DNA of 64,000 nucleotides from Takakia lepidozioides. Lineage: Eukaryota > Plantae > Bryophyta. The DNA lies in assembly GCA_030704615.1 (NCBI GenBank), contig CM060734.1:40796001-40860000 (forward strand), read 5' to 3'. The notes under the pieces are model-generated. The model saw only the letters and a list, made by a program, of their open reading frames with translations, was not told the origin of the DNA and searched no databases. Positions within the stretch are counted from its first letter, which is position 1. Every line of letters begins with the position of its first letter. Shown piece after piece: positions 10,498 through 23,690 of the stretch. The translations under genes were made by a program, and so were the position numbers.

Positions 10498-10860
10498 GCA
10501 CATCCTAGTGCTGCTCTCTAGGAAGTTCCAATTGTAATGCTCTCAAGAAGACTATTTTTGTGACCTTTGAATGGTGAAAACATCCATGGACGTGCAGGAT
10601 AAGCTGCATCCCCAACCAAAGCATATGGTGCTAATTGTCCAGCTTCACAGAATTTCCCAATTGTTGTACGACACCATAGATTTGCATCATGCCTTGAAAT
10701 TTGAACCATCCTATCCTATGTCATCGTCCCAAAATATACACTTGCTCTTGCATCTTTACTTGCATCTTCAAGTTTTTATACCATTAGGTCATTTGAGAAA
10801 ATTTTGGAAATTAGGCACTCTTGTAAAATATAATTTATTTGGATTAAGCACGTTTTTCTC
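10498..10860 (-). mobile_element. Degraded PIF/Harbinger (HARBI1-like DDE) transposase fragment
   Basis: HDANLW...YALVGDAAYPARPWMFSPFKG matches the Harbinger GD.AY motif; upstream KCIFWDDDIG*DGS; several stops. Confidence 0.75.
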
Positions 10861-12890
10861 GAATTAATTTCTGCCTAACCGGCTATCCCAATACGGTACC
10901 TACGCTCTATACCAGCGCGCGTGATAATCCTAGCCAAAAACAATGCCACTTGTGTGGCAAGGCCCTAATTATAAGATCGGCAGCTTACAAAAGCATTGAA
11001 GTACCATTATGGACTGGCACCTGTAGACAAAAGACGAGATTTGTGTAGGGACTTGCAAAGACCAAGGAATAGGCCCATGAGATTGTCTGTGTAACTCAAG
11101 TCTCATACTTGTCACCATGTTTAACAGTTTTTCCTATTCCTTGGATATGACACCTAGAAAAACTGAACAATCAGCCCATGACGTCATCATATTCTCGTCT
11201 TCGATTCTCTGTCAAGTCATGTAGTAGGTCGGTATCTCTTCAAGATTAATCAATGTACAAATCATGGGAGCTCAATTTATGAATCGACGTAAGCCAAAAA
11301 ACAACAGAAGAATGTGAGATCAATGTTGTAGGGTAATTTTTCAAGAAGGAATCTCAAAATCCCACATCACCAAGTATTCCACCCGTTAGCTCGTAGTACG
11401 ATAGTTTCACAACCCAACGGGGGCGGGCAGTGCCCAAGGAAGTGGGTCTCTGACCTGTAAGATAGATTTCTTGAATATCATCGAGCGCCTTGAGCTGGTT
11501 CAACATGCCCCATTCAACAGACCTGTATGGCACCTGTCCAAAGGAAACGGCAGAACAGATGATATTTCGATTACGTCGAACTCATGTGCTCTGGATTATA
11601 GAAAGAATAGTTGGGTTACATATAGTGATCTGTCCTATGGGCACCTATTGTAAGTGCGACGGTCCTAACTTTCCCTCTTCTCTATGTGCGTCAATTACAC
11701 ATTCACAACTCGAGAGATGATCGAGATTTAAGGATCGACATCCAAAGGAGTTTTGAAAAACAGTACATATTGTTTTTGAAAAAGAGTACAATTCTACGGT
11801 TATCAGTACATATGGGTATTGACTTACATTCTTCACAGTGAAACCCGAAGAAAAAAAATTGCACTTAAGATCATAACGTTCGAAGATAATTAGTTGGAAT
11901 CTACTATTACCTGTGGATCTTATCAACTCCACGAATTCATTTCTCTAGACATGATCTCAGTCTACATGAGAAAGTGAAAGATATGTCTCTATCAACGTTA
12001 CCAAGGTATTCAGTATTTCACATCGGTCTGTGGTTGACAAGATGAATTTACAAGAGTCTGTCAAAAGGATGTGCACAGGCGCCATCGACGAAGATGTTTC
12101 CAACTAAAGGATCTATATTTGGTGGCTAGGTTTAACTCCAGTGATACCCAGATTAATAACATATCATAACACCCTATTCATTGTCCGTTGACAATAGATT
12201 CACAATCCGAAGAGATGTGCAGTTGCAGTACGAAGGGATGACCATTAAAAAACATTTCTGTCCAGGTTAGATGATTTGACTTGCATGATGGTGATAGGCA
12301 GATGAAGGAACTATTATCAACACTACGAAAGGAGGCCGAAAAGGCGAGAGATGCACTGCATCTTGGAGATGCTAGGGCTGATGAGCGCATAAAAAGATGT
12401 CAACCCCTTGATCTCTCCTTGATTCATCAGTTCAAAATTGGGTCAGAGTTTTGATCCACAGATCTAGAGCGCTAGAATCTGGAGTGCTAGAACTGGAATA
12501 CTTTTATCACGACCCAGCCCTAGGCATTCATCTCGATGCTCTAAAGTAACGCAAGGCTAGGTCAACGCAAAATTTAAATGTGAGACTTTAAAATTAGTTG
12601 CATACCGAATGTGGGAAGGCCGGAGATGCCTACATGGCTTAGTTACATATATGAAGTAAAACCTCCAGCAGAGTACCGCATTCATGGTGGGATATTTATG
12701 TCAAACAGCACCCTCCACACGGTCCATAAATCAATTTCATATAGGCATCCAGTTTTATTTGAAATAATGACCTAATCTCCAAATCATATTCAGAGTAACA
12801 ATTGGGGGCAAAGAATGGAGATAGTGAACTGTCTAACATACGATACATGTGCATTGTCTGTCACACAGTGGATTGCTATCACAACACTAG

Positions 12891-13556
12891 TTACGCCTTC
12901 GTAGTAAACTTGGACTTCAAATACTGCACTGCCTTCTGATCCACACTGAACGCTTTCTCCAGCACAGCGTCGCTGATGTCGGAACCAAACAAAGCAGCGG
13001 GGATGGCTTGCACCCCCGGATTCTGGCTGTTGAGTGCTGCGATAGCTAAAGCTGGCCCGTTGCCCACGTTGAGCTCGAAGTGCACAAGACCTCGTGGGAA
13101 CACAAAAACATCACCCTTCTGCAAGGTGGTAGCAAAGAGCTTGTTCTTGGTGTCCACAAACCCCACATACAGAGACCCTTCCACGACAAATAGCATCTCT
13201 GTTGCCCGTGGGTGTGTGTGGGGTGTCACAAGGCCTCCTTGTGCAAAGTCTAGGCGCGCCATGGCGATGCCCAAAGTGTTGAGGCCTGGAAACGCAGTCG
13301 CGAACGCTGGCGTCACAGCGCTTCCGGACGAAACAGCCGTGTTTCCGGGCTTGGCCAAGCCGTGGAAGACGAAGTCATTTGCTGTCACTGTTGTTGGGTT
13401 TTTGCATACCAGACCATTTACTGTGAGGGTGCTGGTCAGGTCCGCCACACAGAAATCCTGCAGTGGATCGCCGTCGGATGCGGTTACCACGACGGCTGTG
13501 AGAGCCAGAAAAGCTAGTACTGCCAAAGTGGTAACTGTCGAGCTGCTTCTTCCCAT
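12891..13556 (-). CDS. Germin-like protein, copy 2
   Basis: 221-aa intact ORF, near-identical to copy 1, metal ligands intact; TATATATA near 13773. Confidence 0.95.
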   Translation of the reverse strand: MGRSSSTVTTLAVLAFLALTAVVVTASDGDPLQDFCVADLTSTLTVNGLVCKNPTTVTANDFVFHGLAKPGNTAVSSGSAVTPAFATAFPGLNTLGIAMARLDFAQGGLVTPHTHPRATEMLFVVEGSLYVGFVDTKNKLFATTLQKGDVFVFPRGLVHFELNVGNGPALAIAALNSQNPGVQAIPAALFGSDISDAVLEKAFSVDQKAVQYLKSKFTTKA

Positions 13557-14478
13557 TGCTCTGGATTAGTAAGCGATCACAAGCAGTGGCCGACTGTAAG
13601 CTGTTGTGACAGAGATTCGGTGCTCAAAATGTAAATTCAAGTAGTAGTTAACGGAGCTCAGGAAGGAGCTGGTTATGGTGCTGGCCAGGGAGTGAGGCGA
13701 GAGTGAGGGAGAAGATAAGAGTCGAAACAGAGAAATCCAGTGAGAGTGAGAGGGAAGGTGGTGTGGAGTGGTATATATACATAACGGAATAGGGCCCACC
13801 CCCAAAGGCGAAGAGGCTCTTAGTTACGCCGGCCACGGCCGGCCCTCGTCTTGTCTTGTAGTGGGCACATGAGCAGTTCGCCTAACGGATTCACAGGGCT
13901 TCTTGGGCGGCGAGACACGTAGATAAGTGGACCCAGTCTGACGCGGAGGTTTATTGTGCTTCATAGTGGAGCTGCTACGAGGTGCCTTTCCCTCTTCGGA
14001 TACAGACCCCACCACAACACAAGGTCAACGCCAAACGGCACTTGCGTGCAGTTATCAAGAGGTGGTGCTAGTTCATGGCTCTTGTCAAGGGATCTATGGG
14101 ATATTCCACAAGGCATTAACAAGGATACCTCGATTGTCTTACCCTCCTAGAGTAGGTATAGAGAAATTGGAAGATCCACCACTGGGGGTTCATGAATTGT
14201 GTACCTCAAATCTGCGTAGTGTCTGGATGTCGTAGCTTCACCCAAACTTCTCAGCCCGAACCAACAAGTAAAGGAGGGGTTTGCTGTCTAGCACTTGTCA
14301 TTGCTCAAAAGGATCCAGGTCGTCTGGACAAACCAGCATCCACAAATCGGAATGTGTGCACGGTGTGTAGAACTCAACATATCATGGACTCGTGCGCTCT
14401 GAGCCAGCAAGATTATCGAGTTTGATCTCTTAGTAACAAAGCAGAAAAGCCGAAAATATAGATACAATAAAAAGACAG

Positions 14479-16528
14479 TCTACGAAAGTATATTGACAGG
14501 AAAGTTCACTTCTGCTGGGCTCCATAGCCTAGGCTTTAAGGGCCAGGGACTGGTGTTGCGAGAATAGGAATTTAAGCCTAGAAACTTCACAAAGATGCTG
14601 ACAATCACACTGTCTCAATACAGAGCACCAACTGACCTTCATGGTATTTTCACAGTTTCTTGCTGCACGTCTGTAAGGTTCAGGGTACTTGGTGGGAACA
14701 TGTATAAGAAATCCGCTCTCCAACACAATCCCGGAGTTTTTTGCAATACCGCACTTGTATTAGTTAATTAAAAGCAGTGGAGAGCGCACTTCCGTCGTGA
14801 GCACTAGTTACTTTAGAGCCTCTTTATCGAGCATAGTCAAGTCAGACTACCGATCACTCGCCCTCAGCAATCCCAACTCTCTCTCTCTCTTACTCACCGC
14901 TTACTAAGTTTTTCTCCCACACTGCGACTTCAACCTGCGAGGCTTTTATTGCAATTATATAGAGGCTGGACATTGGTACGAGATGAGCTCTTGATTCCAG
15001 GACTTGCTCACGGAGCACTAGCTGCTAGCTGTTGTGGTTTGTGATTCACTGATTTGTTCTCGTACTTACATTGGAAGAGGCTTGGATCAAAAATTGGAAA
15101 AGTTAAGAAGAATTCAAGTTAATTTTCATCATTAGTGTCTAGACTCGTGAACCAGTGTTCTATTCATGAGTTCATGGATCTAGAAAAATTTCAAGGTTAC
15201 AAGTTACTCCTATATGTTCAATACCCGAGGATTGGTAGAGAGAGAAAAGACGCCGGCCCAGCAAAATGACCCCGAGCAGAGCGAAATGAAATGGTACTTT
15301 ATAACGTTCGCCAAAAACTCAAAGAGCTTATGGGAAGAGAAAGCAAGAAACAAGAAAGAGAAAGGGGCCCTCCACAAGACAGAATGACTAGGGAGATGAA
15401 GGAGGAAAATATGTTCCGGACACACGTTTTGACTTGCATGACGTTGATCGGCAAATGAAGGAACTACTATCAACACAATGAAAGGAGGGAAAAGCGAGAG
15501 ATGCACGGCATTTTGGAGATGCTACGGCTGATGTGCACGTAGATTATTTCTAACAAAAGATGCCAACAATTCATCAGTTCAGGACTGGGTCAGAGTCCAT
15601 GATCCACAGATCTAGAGCGCTAGAATCTTGAGTGCTAGACCTGGAATATTTGTATCACAACCTGACAATCAGATCAGCTTGAAGATGATCTGCAGTAAAG
15701 GCAAAGCGAGGTCAGCGCTAAAATTAGATGATAGACTTTAGATAAGTTGCACACCGAATTGGTGGAAAGGCCGCAGATGCCTATATTAACTAGTTTTGAA
15801 GGTAACTAGTTTTGAAGTAAAACCTCCAATGTTGCATCTGACTATTGCATTGAGGGTGGGATACTTGTGTGACAGCCCACTCCACAAGGTCCATCAACCA
15901 ATTTCAAGATCATGGAGGCATCCATTTTTATTTGAAACAATGAGCTAATCCCCCATCATATTCACATGAGTGACAATGGGGTCAAAGAATGGAGATAGTG
16001 AACTGTCTAGCATATGATACATGTACATTGTCACGCAGTCGATCACTATCGCAACACTAGTTACGCCTTTTGTAGTATTAAACTTAGACTTCAAATACTG
16101 CACTGCCTTGTGATCCACGCTGAACGCTTTCTCCAGCACAGCGTCGCTGATGTCGGAACCAAACAAAGCAGCGGGGATGGCTTGAACCCCCGGATTCTGG
16201 CTGTTGAGTGCTGCGATAGCCAAAGCTGGCCCGTTGCCCACGTTGAGCTCGAAGTGCACAAGACCTCGTGGGAACACAAAAACATCATCCTTGTGCAGGG
16301 TGGTAGCAAAGAGCTTGTTCTTGGTGTCCACAAACCCCACATACAGAGATCCTTCCACGACAAATAGCATCTCTGTGGCCCGTGGGTGTGTGTGGGGTGT
16401 CACAAGGCCTCCTTGTGCAAACGCCATGGCGATGCCCAAAGTGTTGAGACCTGGAAATGCAGTCGCGAACGCTGGCGTCACAGCGCTACCTGATGAAACA
16501 GCCGTGTTTCCAGCCTTGGCCAAGCCGT
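14479..16528. repeat. Left arm of a ~2-kb inverted duplication (right arm 18885-20906)
   Basis: Reverse complement is nearly identical to the copy-4 3' CDS plus downstream flank; both share the KFNTTK variant. Confidence 0.9.
16061..16528 (-). pseudogene. 5'-truncated germin-like pseudogene, copy 3
   Basis: Lacks signal peptide and box 1; 9-bp deletion (MARLDFA to MAFA), KGD to KDD, and a 1-bp insertion that shifts past the stop. Confidence 0.9.
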
Positions 16529-17099
16529 AGTCGGTAGAGATAGTGGTATATATACAGAATGTGAGATAGGCAGGAAGAGGAAAACTACTCTCTTGTAGGA
16601 ATATGGTTTTCGACAGATGGATGTTGCTTCAGATGTAGGGGTGAGGTGAGCCAGTGTGTTGCATTTGCAGATAGCTTGTGACATTTGGAAGTGAAAACAC
16701 AACAGGAAGGTCTGCAACACGAACTCCAAGAAGCACAAATGCAAGCTCAGATCCTGCAAGTGGAGCTCTAGGAACAGCTACCACAGCGCCCCACGTCAAT
16801 TACCGGGCGGCAAATGAGTCAAGGGCTGACAGTACTCTTGCTTGTTATATTGAGGGTAAGGGCATTCGTAGCAGTAGGAAGGTTCATGCAACGTTGGTCA
16901 ATACTAAGCAAAAGGGCTCAGGGTCGGAATAGTACACAGCATTTCTTCCCTAGTCTTGTCATGACCTATCGCTATATCTTTCCGCTTTATTGAGCAAAGA
17001 GTTCAAAGAGCACCGACACATCTTCTACAATGCTGATGAGTAAGTCGTTCCCTTGTCCCTCCTCAACTCTAAATGAAACTTGTTTCTCTCTTAACGAAC

Positions 17100-17810
17100 T
17101 ACCTAGAAGTTGCATACCGAATCAGTGGAAAGCCCTATGTTAACTAGTTATGAGTTTGATGCAGAGTACTGAGACGAGCGTTGGATACTTTTTGAGACAG
17201 CACCACTGCACAGTCCATCAACCAATTTCCAAGTGCTGTCACTTTTATTTGAAACAATGAGCTAATCCTCCATCACACTTACAGTGACAAGTGGGGGCAA
17301 AGTATGGATACTGAACTACAATCTCACACAGTGGATCACTACCATGTGCAACATTACGCCTTCGTAGCAAAGCAAGTAGTGGTCCTATTATAAACTGTTG
17401 TGACAGAAATTCGGTGCTCAAGATGTAAATTCAAGTAGTACTGGAGAGAACTGATCAAGGAGGAGCTGGTTTACAGGGAGTGAGGAGGGAGTGGGGGGGT
17501 AAGCAAAAAAATCCAGTGAGAGGGAAGGTGGTGTGGAGTGCTATATATCCATAGCGATGTGCAGGGCTTCTTGGACGGCAAGACGCGTAGACACCCTTAA
17601 GTGGACACAGTATGACGCGGCGCTTTCATAGTGGAGTGCGAGGTGCCTTTCCTGCATTGAATACAGACTCCACCGCAAGACAAGGTCAGCGCCAAACATC
17701 AAAGTGCAGTTATATGCAAGAGGTACTTCTGTTGAGTCATGGCAGTTTGTTTTCAACCCGAAGTCTGTGGGATATATTAAAAGGAATCAATATAGAGAAA
17801 TTAGAAGCTC
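17100..17810 (-). pseudogene. Germin locus remnant: promoter/5'UTR joined to the last codons and 3'UTR, CDS deleted
   Basis: ttacgccttcgtag (stop region, 17354-17367) abuts 5'UTR-like caagtagtggtcc...ctgttgtgacagaaattcggtgctc; TATA region near 17542. Confidence 0.75.
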
Positions 17811-18691
17811 CACATTATTCCTACCATCTGACAGGTGCGGTGCCCATATCAGGGAATAAAAAACCAGATTTTCTTTCTTTCTCACTAGCCATAGCCGAAG
17901 CATCCTCGTCATACTCAGCCTCCAGAAATTGATACTCAGAAGCAGCCATAGCAAGGATTCGAGGGTTGCAGATGCAAACTAATACGAGCGTGGTGATTCC
18001 CCACTCTACCGAGACGGCAAAGCATCCCCACTACACAAATTTAAGTAACGTGAGGGGACTCCGGAATCATATAAAACTTTCAACATCCGTAAGTTCCCAC
18101 AACATAGATGGAAGTTGCTCCACTTCAACCAAACAGATGTCATCTCATCGTCAATCTCATCTTCTTCTTGGCACACCGTTAAACAGCGAAAAGTCCTCGG
18201 GCAAGAACTTTCCGCTATACATGAAGTACGACCACCTCTTGATTACTGCACTTGCCTGTATCCGACGCGGGAAACACACCTTGCACCACCTCCACTATGA
18301 AAGCGCAAAAATAAACCTCCGCGTCACTGGATCTGCACGTCTGGACACTTATCTAGAATGTCAACGCGTCTCCGCCCAAGAAGCCCTGCGCATCCAGCCA
18401 GAGAGGGAAGACGCCGGCCAACAGCAGCTTTGTCCTTTCGGGGGTGGGCCCTATTCCTTATGTATATATACCACTCCACACCACCTTCCCTCTCACTGGA
18501 TTTCTCGTAAATCTCGACTCTTATCTTCTTCCTCACTCCCACCCACCTCATTGCCTTGCACGATAACGAGATAACGAGCTCCTGCTTGAGTTCCGTCAAC
18601 TACTACTTGAATTTACTTCTTGAGCACCCAATCTCTGTCACAACAGCTTATAGTCGGACCACTGCTTGTGATCGCTAACTGATCCAAAACG

Positions 18692-19360
18692 ATGGGAAGA
18701 AGCAGCTCGACAGGTACCACTTTGGTAGTACTAGCTTTTCTGGCTCTCACAGCCGTCGTGGTCACCGCGTCCGACGGCGATCCACTGCAGGATTTCTGTG
18801 TGGCGGACCTGACCAGCACCCTCACACTAAATGGTCTGGTATGCAAAAACCCAACAGCAGTGACCGCAAACGACTTCGTCTTCCACGGCTTGGCCAAGGC
18901 CGGAAACACGGCTATTTCATCAGGAAGCGCTGTGACGCCAGCGTTCGCGACTGCGTTTCCAGGTCTCAACACTTTGGGCATCGCCATGGCGCGCCTAGAC
19001 TTTGCACAAGGAGGCTTTGTGACACCCCACACACACCCACGGGCCACAGAGATGCTATTTGTCGTGGAAGGATCTCTGTATGTGGGGTTTGTGGACACCC
19101 AGAACAAGCTCTTTGCTACCACCCTGCACAAGGGTGATGTTTTTGTGTTCCCACGAGGTCTTGTGCACTTCGAGCTCAACGTGGGCAACGGGCCAGCTTT
19201 GGCTATCGCTGCACTCAACAGCCAGAATCCGGGGGTGCAAGCCATCCCCGCTGCTTTGTTTGGTTCCGACATCAGCGACGCTGTGCTGGAGAAAGCGTTC
19301 AGCGTGGATCACAAGGCAGTGCAGTATTTGAAGTCTAAGTTTAATACTACAAAGGCGTAA
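18692..19360 (+). CDS. Germin-like protein, copy 4 (222 aa, KFNTTKA C-terminus)
   Basis: Intact ORF with all germin boxes; TATATATA near 18463. Confidence 0.95.
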   Translation: MGRSSSTGTTLVVLAFLALTAVVVTASDGDPLQDFCVADLTSTLTLNGLVCKNPTAVTANDFVFHGLAKAGNTAISSGSAVTPAFATAFPGLNTLGIAMARLDFAQGGFVTPHTHPRATEMLFVVEGSLYVGFVDTQNKLFATTLHKGDVFVFPRGLVHFELNVGNGPALAIAALNSQNPGVQAIPAALFGSDISDAVLEKAFSVDHKAVQYLKSKFNTTKA

Positions 19361-20939
19361 CTAGTGTTGCGATAGTGATCGACTGCGTGACAACGTACAT
19401 GTATCATATGCTAGACAGTTCACTATCTCCATTCTTTGACCCCATTGTCACTCATGTGAATATGATGGGGGATTAGCTCATTGTTTCAAATAAAAATGGA
19501 TGCCTCCATGATCTTGAAATTGGTTGATGGACCTTGTGGAGTGGTGCTGTCACACAAGTATCCCACCCTCAATGCAATAGTCAGATGCAACATTGGAGGT
19601 TTTACTTCAAAACTAGTTAATATAGGCATCTGCGGCCGTTTCACCAATTCGGTGTGCAACTTATCTAAAGTCTATCATCTAATTTTAGCGCTGACCTCGC
19701 TTTGCCTTTACTGCAGATCATCTTCAAGCTGATCTGATTGTCAGGTTGTGATACAAATATTCCAGGTCTAGCACTCAAGATTCTAGCGCTCTAGATCTGT
19801 GGATCATGGACTCTGACCCAGTCCTGAACTGATGAATTGTTGGCATCTTTTGTTAGAAATAATCTACGTGCACATCAGCCGTAGCATCTCCAAAATGCCG
19901 TGCATCTCTCGCTTTTCCCTCCTTTCATTGTGTTGATAGTAGTTCCTTCATTTGCCGATCAACGTCATGCAAGTCAAAACGTGTGTCCGGAACATATTTT
20001 CCTCCTTCGTCTCCCTAGTCATTCTGTCTTGTGGAGGGCCCCTTTCTCTTTCTTGTTTTTTGCTTTCTCTTCCCATAAACTCTTTGAGTTTTTGGCGAAC
20101 GTTATAAAGTACCATTTCATTTTGCTCTGCTCGGGGTCATTTTGCTGGGCCTCTCTCTCTACCAATCCTCGGGTATTGAACATATAGGAGTAACTTGTAA
20201 CCTTGAAATTGTAGATCCATGAACTCATGAATAGAACACTGGTTCACGAGTCTAGACACTAATGATGAAAATTAACTTGAATTCTTCTTAACTTTTCCAA
20301 TTTTTGATCCAAGCCTCTTCCAATGTAAGTTCGAGAACAAATCAGTGAATCACAAACCACAACAGCTAGCAGCTAGTGCTCAGTGAGCAAGTCCTGGAAT
20401 CAAGAGCTCATCTCGTACCAATGTCCAGACTCTATATAATTGTAATAGAAGCCTCGCAGGTTGAAGTCGTGAGAGAGAGAGAGTTGGGATTGCTGAGGGC
20501 GAGCGATCGGTAGTCTGACTTGAAATGAGATAAAGAGGTTCTGAAGTAACTAGTGCTCACGAAGGAAGTGCTCTCCACTGCTTTTAATTAACTAACTTAT
20601 AACAAGGGTCCCAAATCCTGACAATACACTTGCGGTATTGCAAAAAAACTCCGGGATTGTGTTGGAGAGCGGATTTCTTATACATGTTCCCACCAAGTAC
20701 CCTGAACCTTACAGACGTGCAGCAAGAAACTGTGAAAATACCATAAAGGTCAGTCGCCGCTCTATATTGAGACAGTGTGATTGTCAACATCTTTGTGAAG
20801 TTTCTAGGCTTAAATTCCTATTCTCGCAACACCAGTCCCTAGCCCTTAAAGCCTAGGCTACGGAGCCCAGCAGAAGTGAACTTTCCCGTCAATATGCTTT
20901 CGTAGATATTGTTTGTGAGAAGTAGTTGGCAACACTTTA

Positions 20940-23690
20940 TGTTGTTTTTTCTGGTAGAAATCGCAGTGTGACCATGTTACTGCAAGTCATCAAGAGTTAC
21001 GAGTTACACTGATTTATTCCATGACGGAATATCTAAGTCAGAGGCCAACTAGGTTACACTAGGATTTAACGGAGACATGCAGTTGGCCAAGGTGTTGCTA
21101 CTGCGTACTATTTACGGATGGATAGTGACAGCATTATTTTGAATTACCAGACTCCCGCCAAGCGCCGAACAATCGTTACTACAAATAGTATTTAGGCTTA
21201 CTACAGAGAGTCTTTGAGGTGCTGAAAACTTCTTTGTATGTTGATGCCTTACGGTGGAATTGCAGTGGTGTAAAGTGCTATGATACCATCGTGTGTTTTG
21301 ATTGCCTGAATCTTTGAATTGCTGTTCTAGATAGTATTGTGTGCTTTGAGTTTTTCTACAGGTTATGGGCCCACAAATGTTTGAAGCTCAGTCAGAGAGT
21401 GCTTTCGTGAAATTTTATTTCTGAGAGTTCTTTCTTGATTTTGTTCACGAATGAAACTAGAACTAGCAGAGCATAGGCATCGCTCATCTTAATGAATTCC
21501 ACCATGTTAGCAGCGATACTCTTCGTACATTCTCGCTCCCAAAGCCCAATTTCACCGCAGGTGTTGCACCTCGTTTTCTTTTTTAACTCCGCTATTCTTT
21601 CATCTCTCTCCTTCTTTTGCTACTTTATCAGAAAACTTCCACCGCTTGTAGATGAGTTATGTCTTCCTTTGACATGCTTTGTGAAGAAAGCTTTATCTAT
21701 GACATCCTCCGTGTTTCCTCGCGCTTTTCTCAACGCTTCTTTCTTGAGTAACCTAGATTGCAAGTTGTTCAACGTCCTCTCGGCAGCGGGTACACTATCC
21801 CATGCATCTAAGATGTTCTCATAGCTTGGAGGTAAAGTGCACACTATCTTTGCCATGATAGCTGATGACTAATCTGCATTACATCTTTCGATGTGGTAAC
21901 TGAACTCATATTTGCTGATCATGAAGAAAGAGAGCGTGTCGATGATGGCTCAGTGACACAAGGAAGAAACACTGATCAGAACATTGTCGATGATCTGGTA
22001 AAGATTGTACATATTAGCAATGTTAATGCAGCAGTGTACAACAGCACGTCAATTGGAGAGAAAGTTGGTGATGAAGACGATATATCCTGGTACTCGGACA
22101 ATGCTGCATCTGAGTACATGACCAACAAGATACAATGGTTCAAAAATCTTAAGAAGATTGAATCTCATCGTTGGGGAGTACAAGTTGCCACTGATGTTAC
22201 AGTATGGGCAAGTGGAATAGGGGATATAGATATCCTAACCCTAGCAGGAAGTGAGTGGAGAAAGGGAACAATACACAACGTGTTGTTTGTACCCGACCTC
22301 AGAAAGAATCTGTTCTCAGTAGCGAAGGCTGTAGACAGAGATTACATCGTCATCTATGATAAGCGTACTTGTAAGCTGTATGCAAATCAGGGAAGGGGAC
22401 CTCTTATGATGACTGGAGTGAGAGAGGGAAACCTTTGGAAACTGCAAATCAAAGTGATTACGGGAGAATCTTTGCAAGCAAACATGGTATTGTCGACGGA
22501 TAATATTCAAGCAAATGTGGCGGTGACAACTGGGGGAGCAAGTCTTCAAACGTGGCATGATCGACTTGGACACATCAGTGTCGACATGATTAAACAAATG
22601 GAGAAAACACAGATCGTCGATGGTATGAAAATACTGAACCCTAATGCAGATCTGGAGTTCCATGAAGGTTGTGCCATGGGCAAGAATCACAGAGTTGCGT
22701 TTTCAGTAAATAAAGAACGTGAGAGGGTTCAGACTCCTGGAGAGTTCTACCATGTTGATGTGTGTACAATGAATGTAGACTCGCATGGAGGTTCCAAACA
22801 TTTTGTCACGTTTAAAGATGATCATAGCAGCTATAGGATCTTGTATTGCATGAAAACAAAATGAGAAGTTCTCAAGTTCTTCAAGCAGTTGTGTGTGGAA
22901 TCAAAGATAGAGACAGGACATGCAGTGAGAAAGCTTAGAAGCGATAGAGGAGGAGAATTCTTGAGCGCAAAATTTAAGACTTTCCTTGAAGAAAATGGAA
23001 TTCGGTAGGAACTTACAGCGCCATATTCCCCAGAGCAAAATGGTGTCATCGAAAGGGACAATAAGACTCTGGTTGAAAGAGTTAGATGTATGTTGCAAGC
23101 AAAAGGTCTCAGTCCTAATTTCTGGGCAGAAGCTGCCACTACAACTGCATACACCCTAAATCGAACGGGAACCAGGGTGTTGAATGGGAAAACACCTTTG
23201 GAGGCCTGGAATGGGAAGAAACCTGACATCAGCCATCTACGAGTGTTTGGTAGCATGGCATATCACATGTACCCAAAGAGCTGAGAAAGAAATTGGATGC
23301 CAAGAGCAAAAAGTGCATATTTCTTGGTTACAGTGTGGAATCTAAGGCGTATCGGCTATGGGATATTGAGCAGCAGCACATAGTCATCAGCTGTGATGTG
23401 TTAGTAGATGAGAAGGGTAACTGTAATTCTTCACCCATCGAAGAAATGATGAACAGACCTAACACATGCACTATGGTACTTGAGGGAGTGGGAGACAAAA
23501 TGGCTCCAGAAGTACAAAATTCTGAGGGGAATACGATTGACCAGCATAATGAGCATCCTGAGCTTCAGCTAGTAGTGGATCTACCTATTGCCATGGATGA
23601 AGGCGAAATTCATGCAGCAAACACAGGGCCTGAGCGGGTTGCACCAAGCTTGCAAAGTCAGGGAACAAAAGTACGTCGATCTCGACGGCC
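20940..23690 (+). mobile_element. Ty1/copia element B (5' LTR 20940-21360, PBS 21361-21373, protease, GAG-pre-integrase, integrase), 3'-truncated, inserted in the LTR of element A
   Basis: TGTTG...CTACA followed by GGTTATGGGCCCA; WYSDNAASEYMT, WHDRLGH, HVDVC, LRSDRGGEF, PEQNGVIER, FWAEA, SKAYRLWD, with premature stops. Confidence 0.88.

Noticed and set aside
16529-17050. Unrelated insert truncating germin copy 3
   Set aside because: Probably a TE fragment, but no motif or terminus could be identified
17966-18574. 202-aa ORF upstream of germin copy 4
   Set aside because: Non-ATG start; runs through promoter sequence that is not open in paralogues
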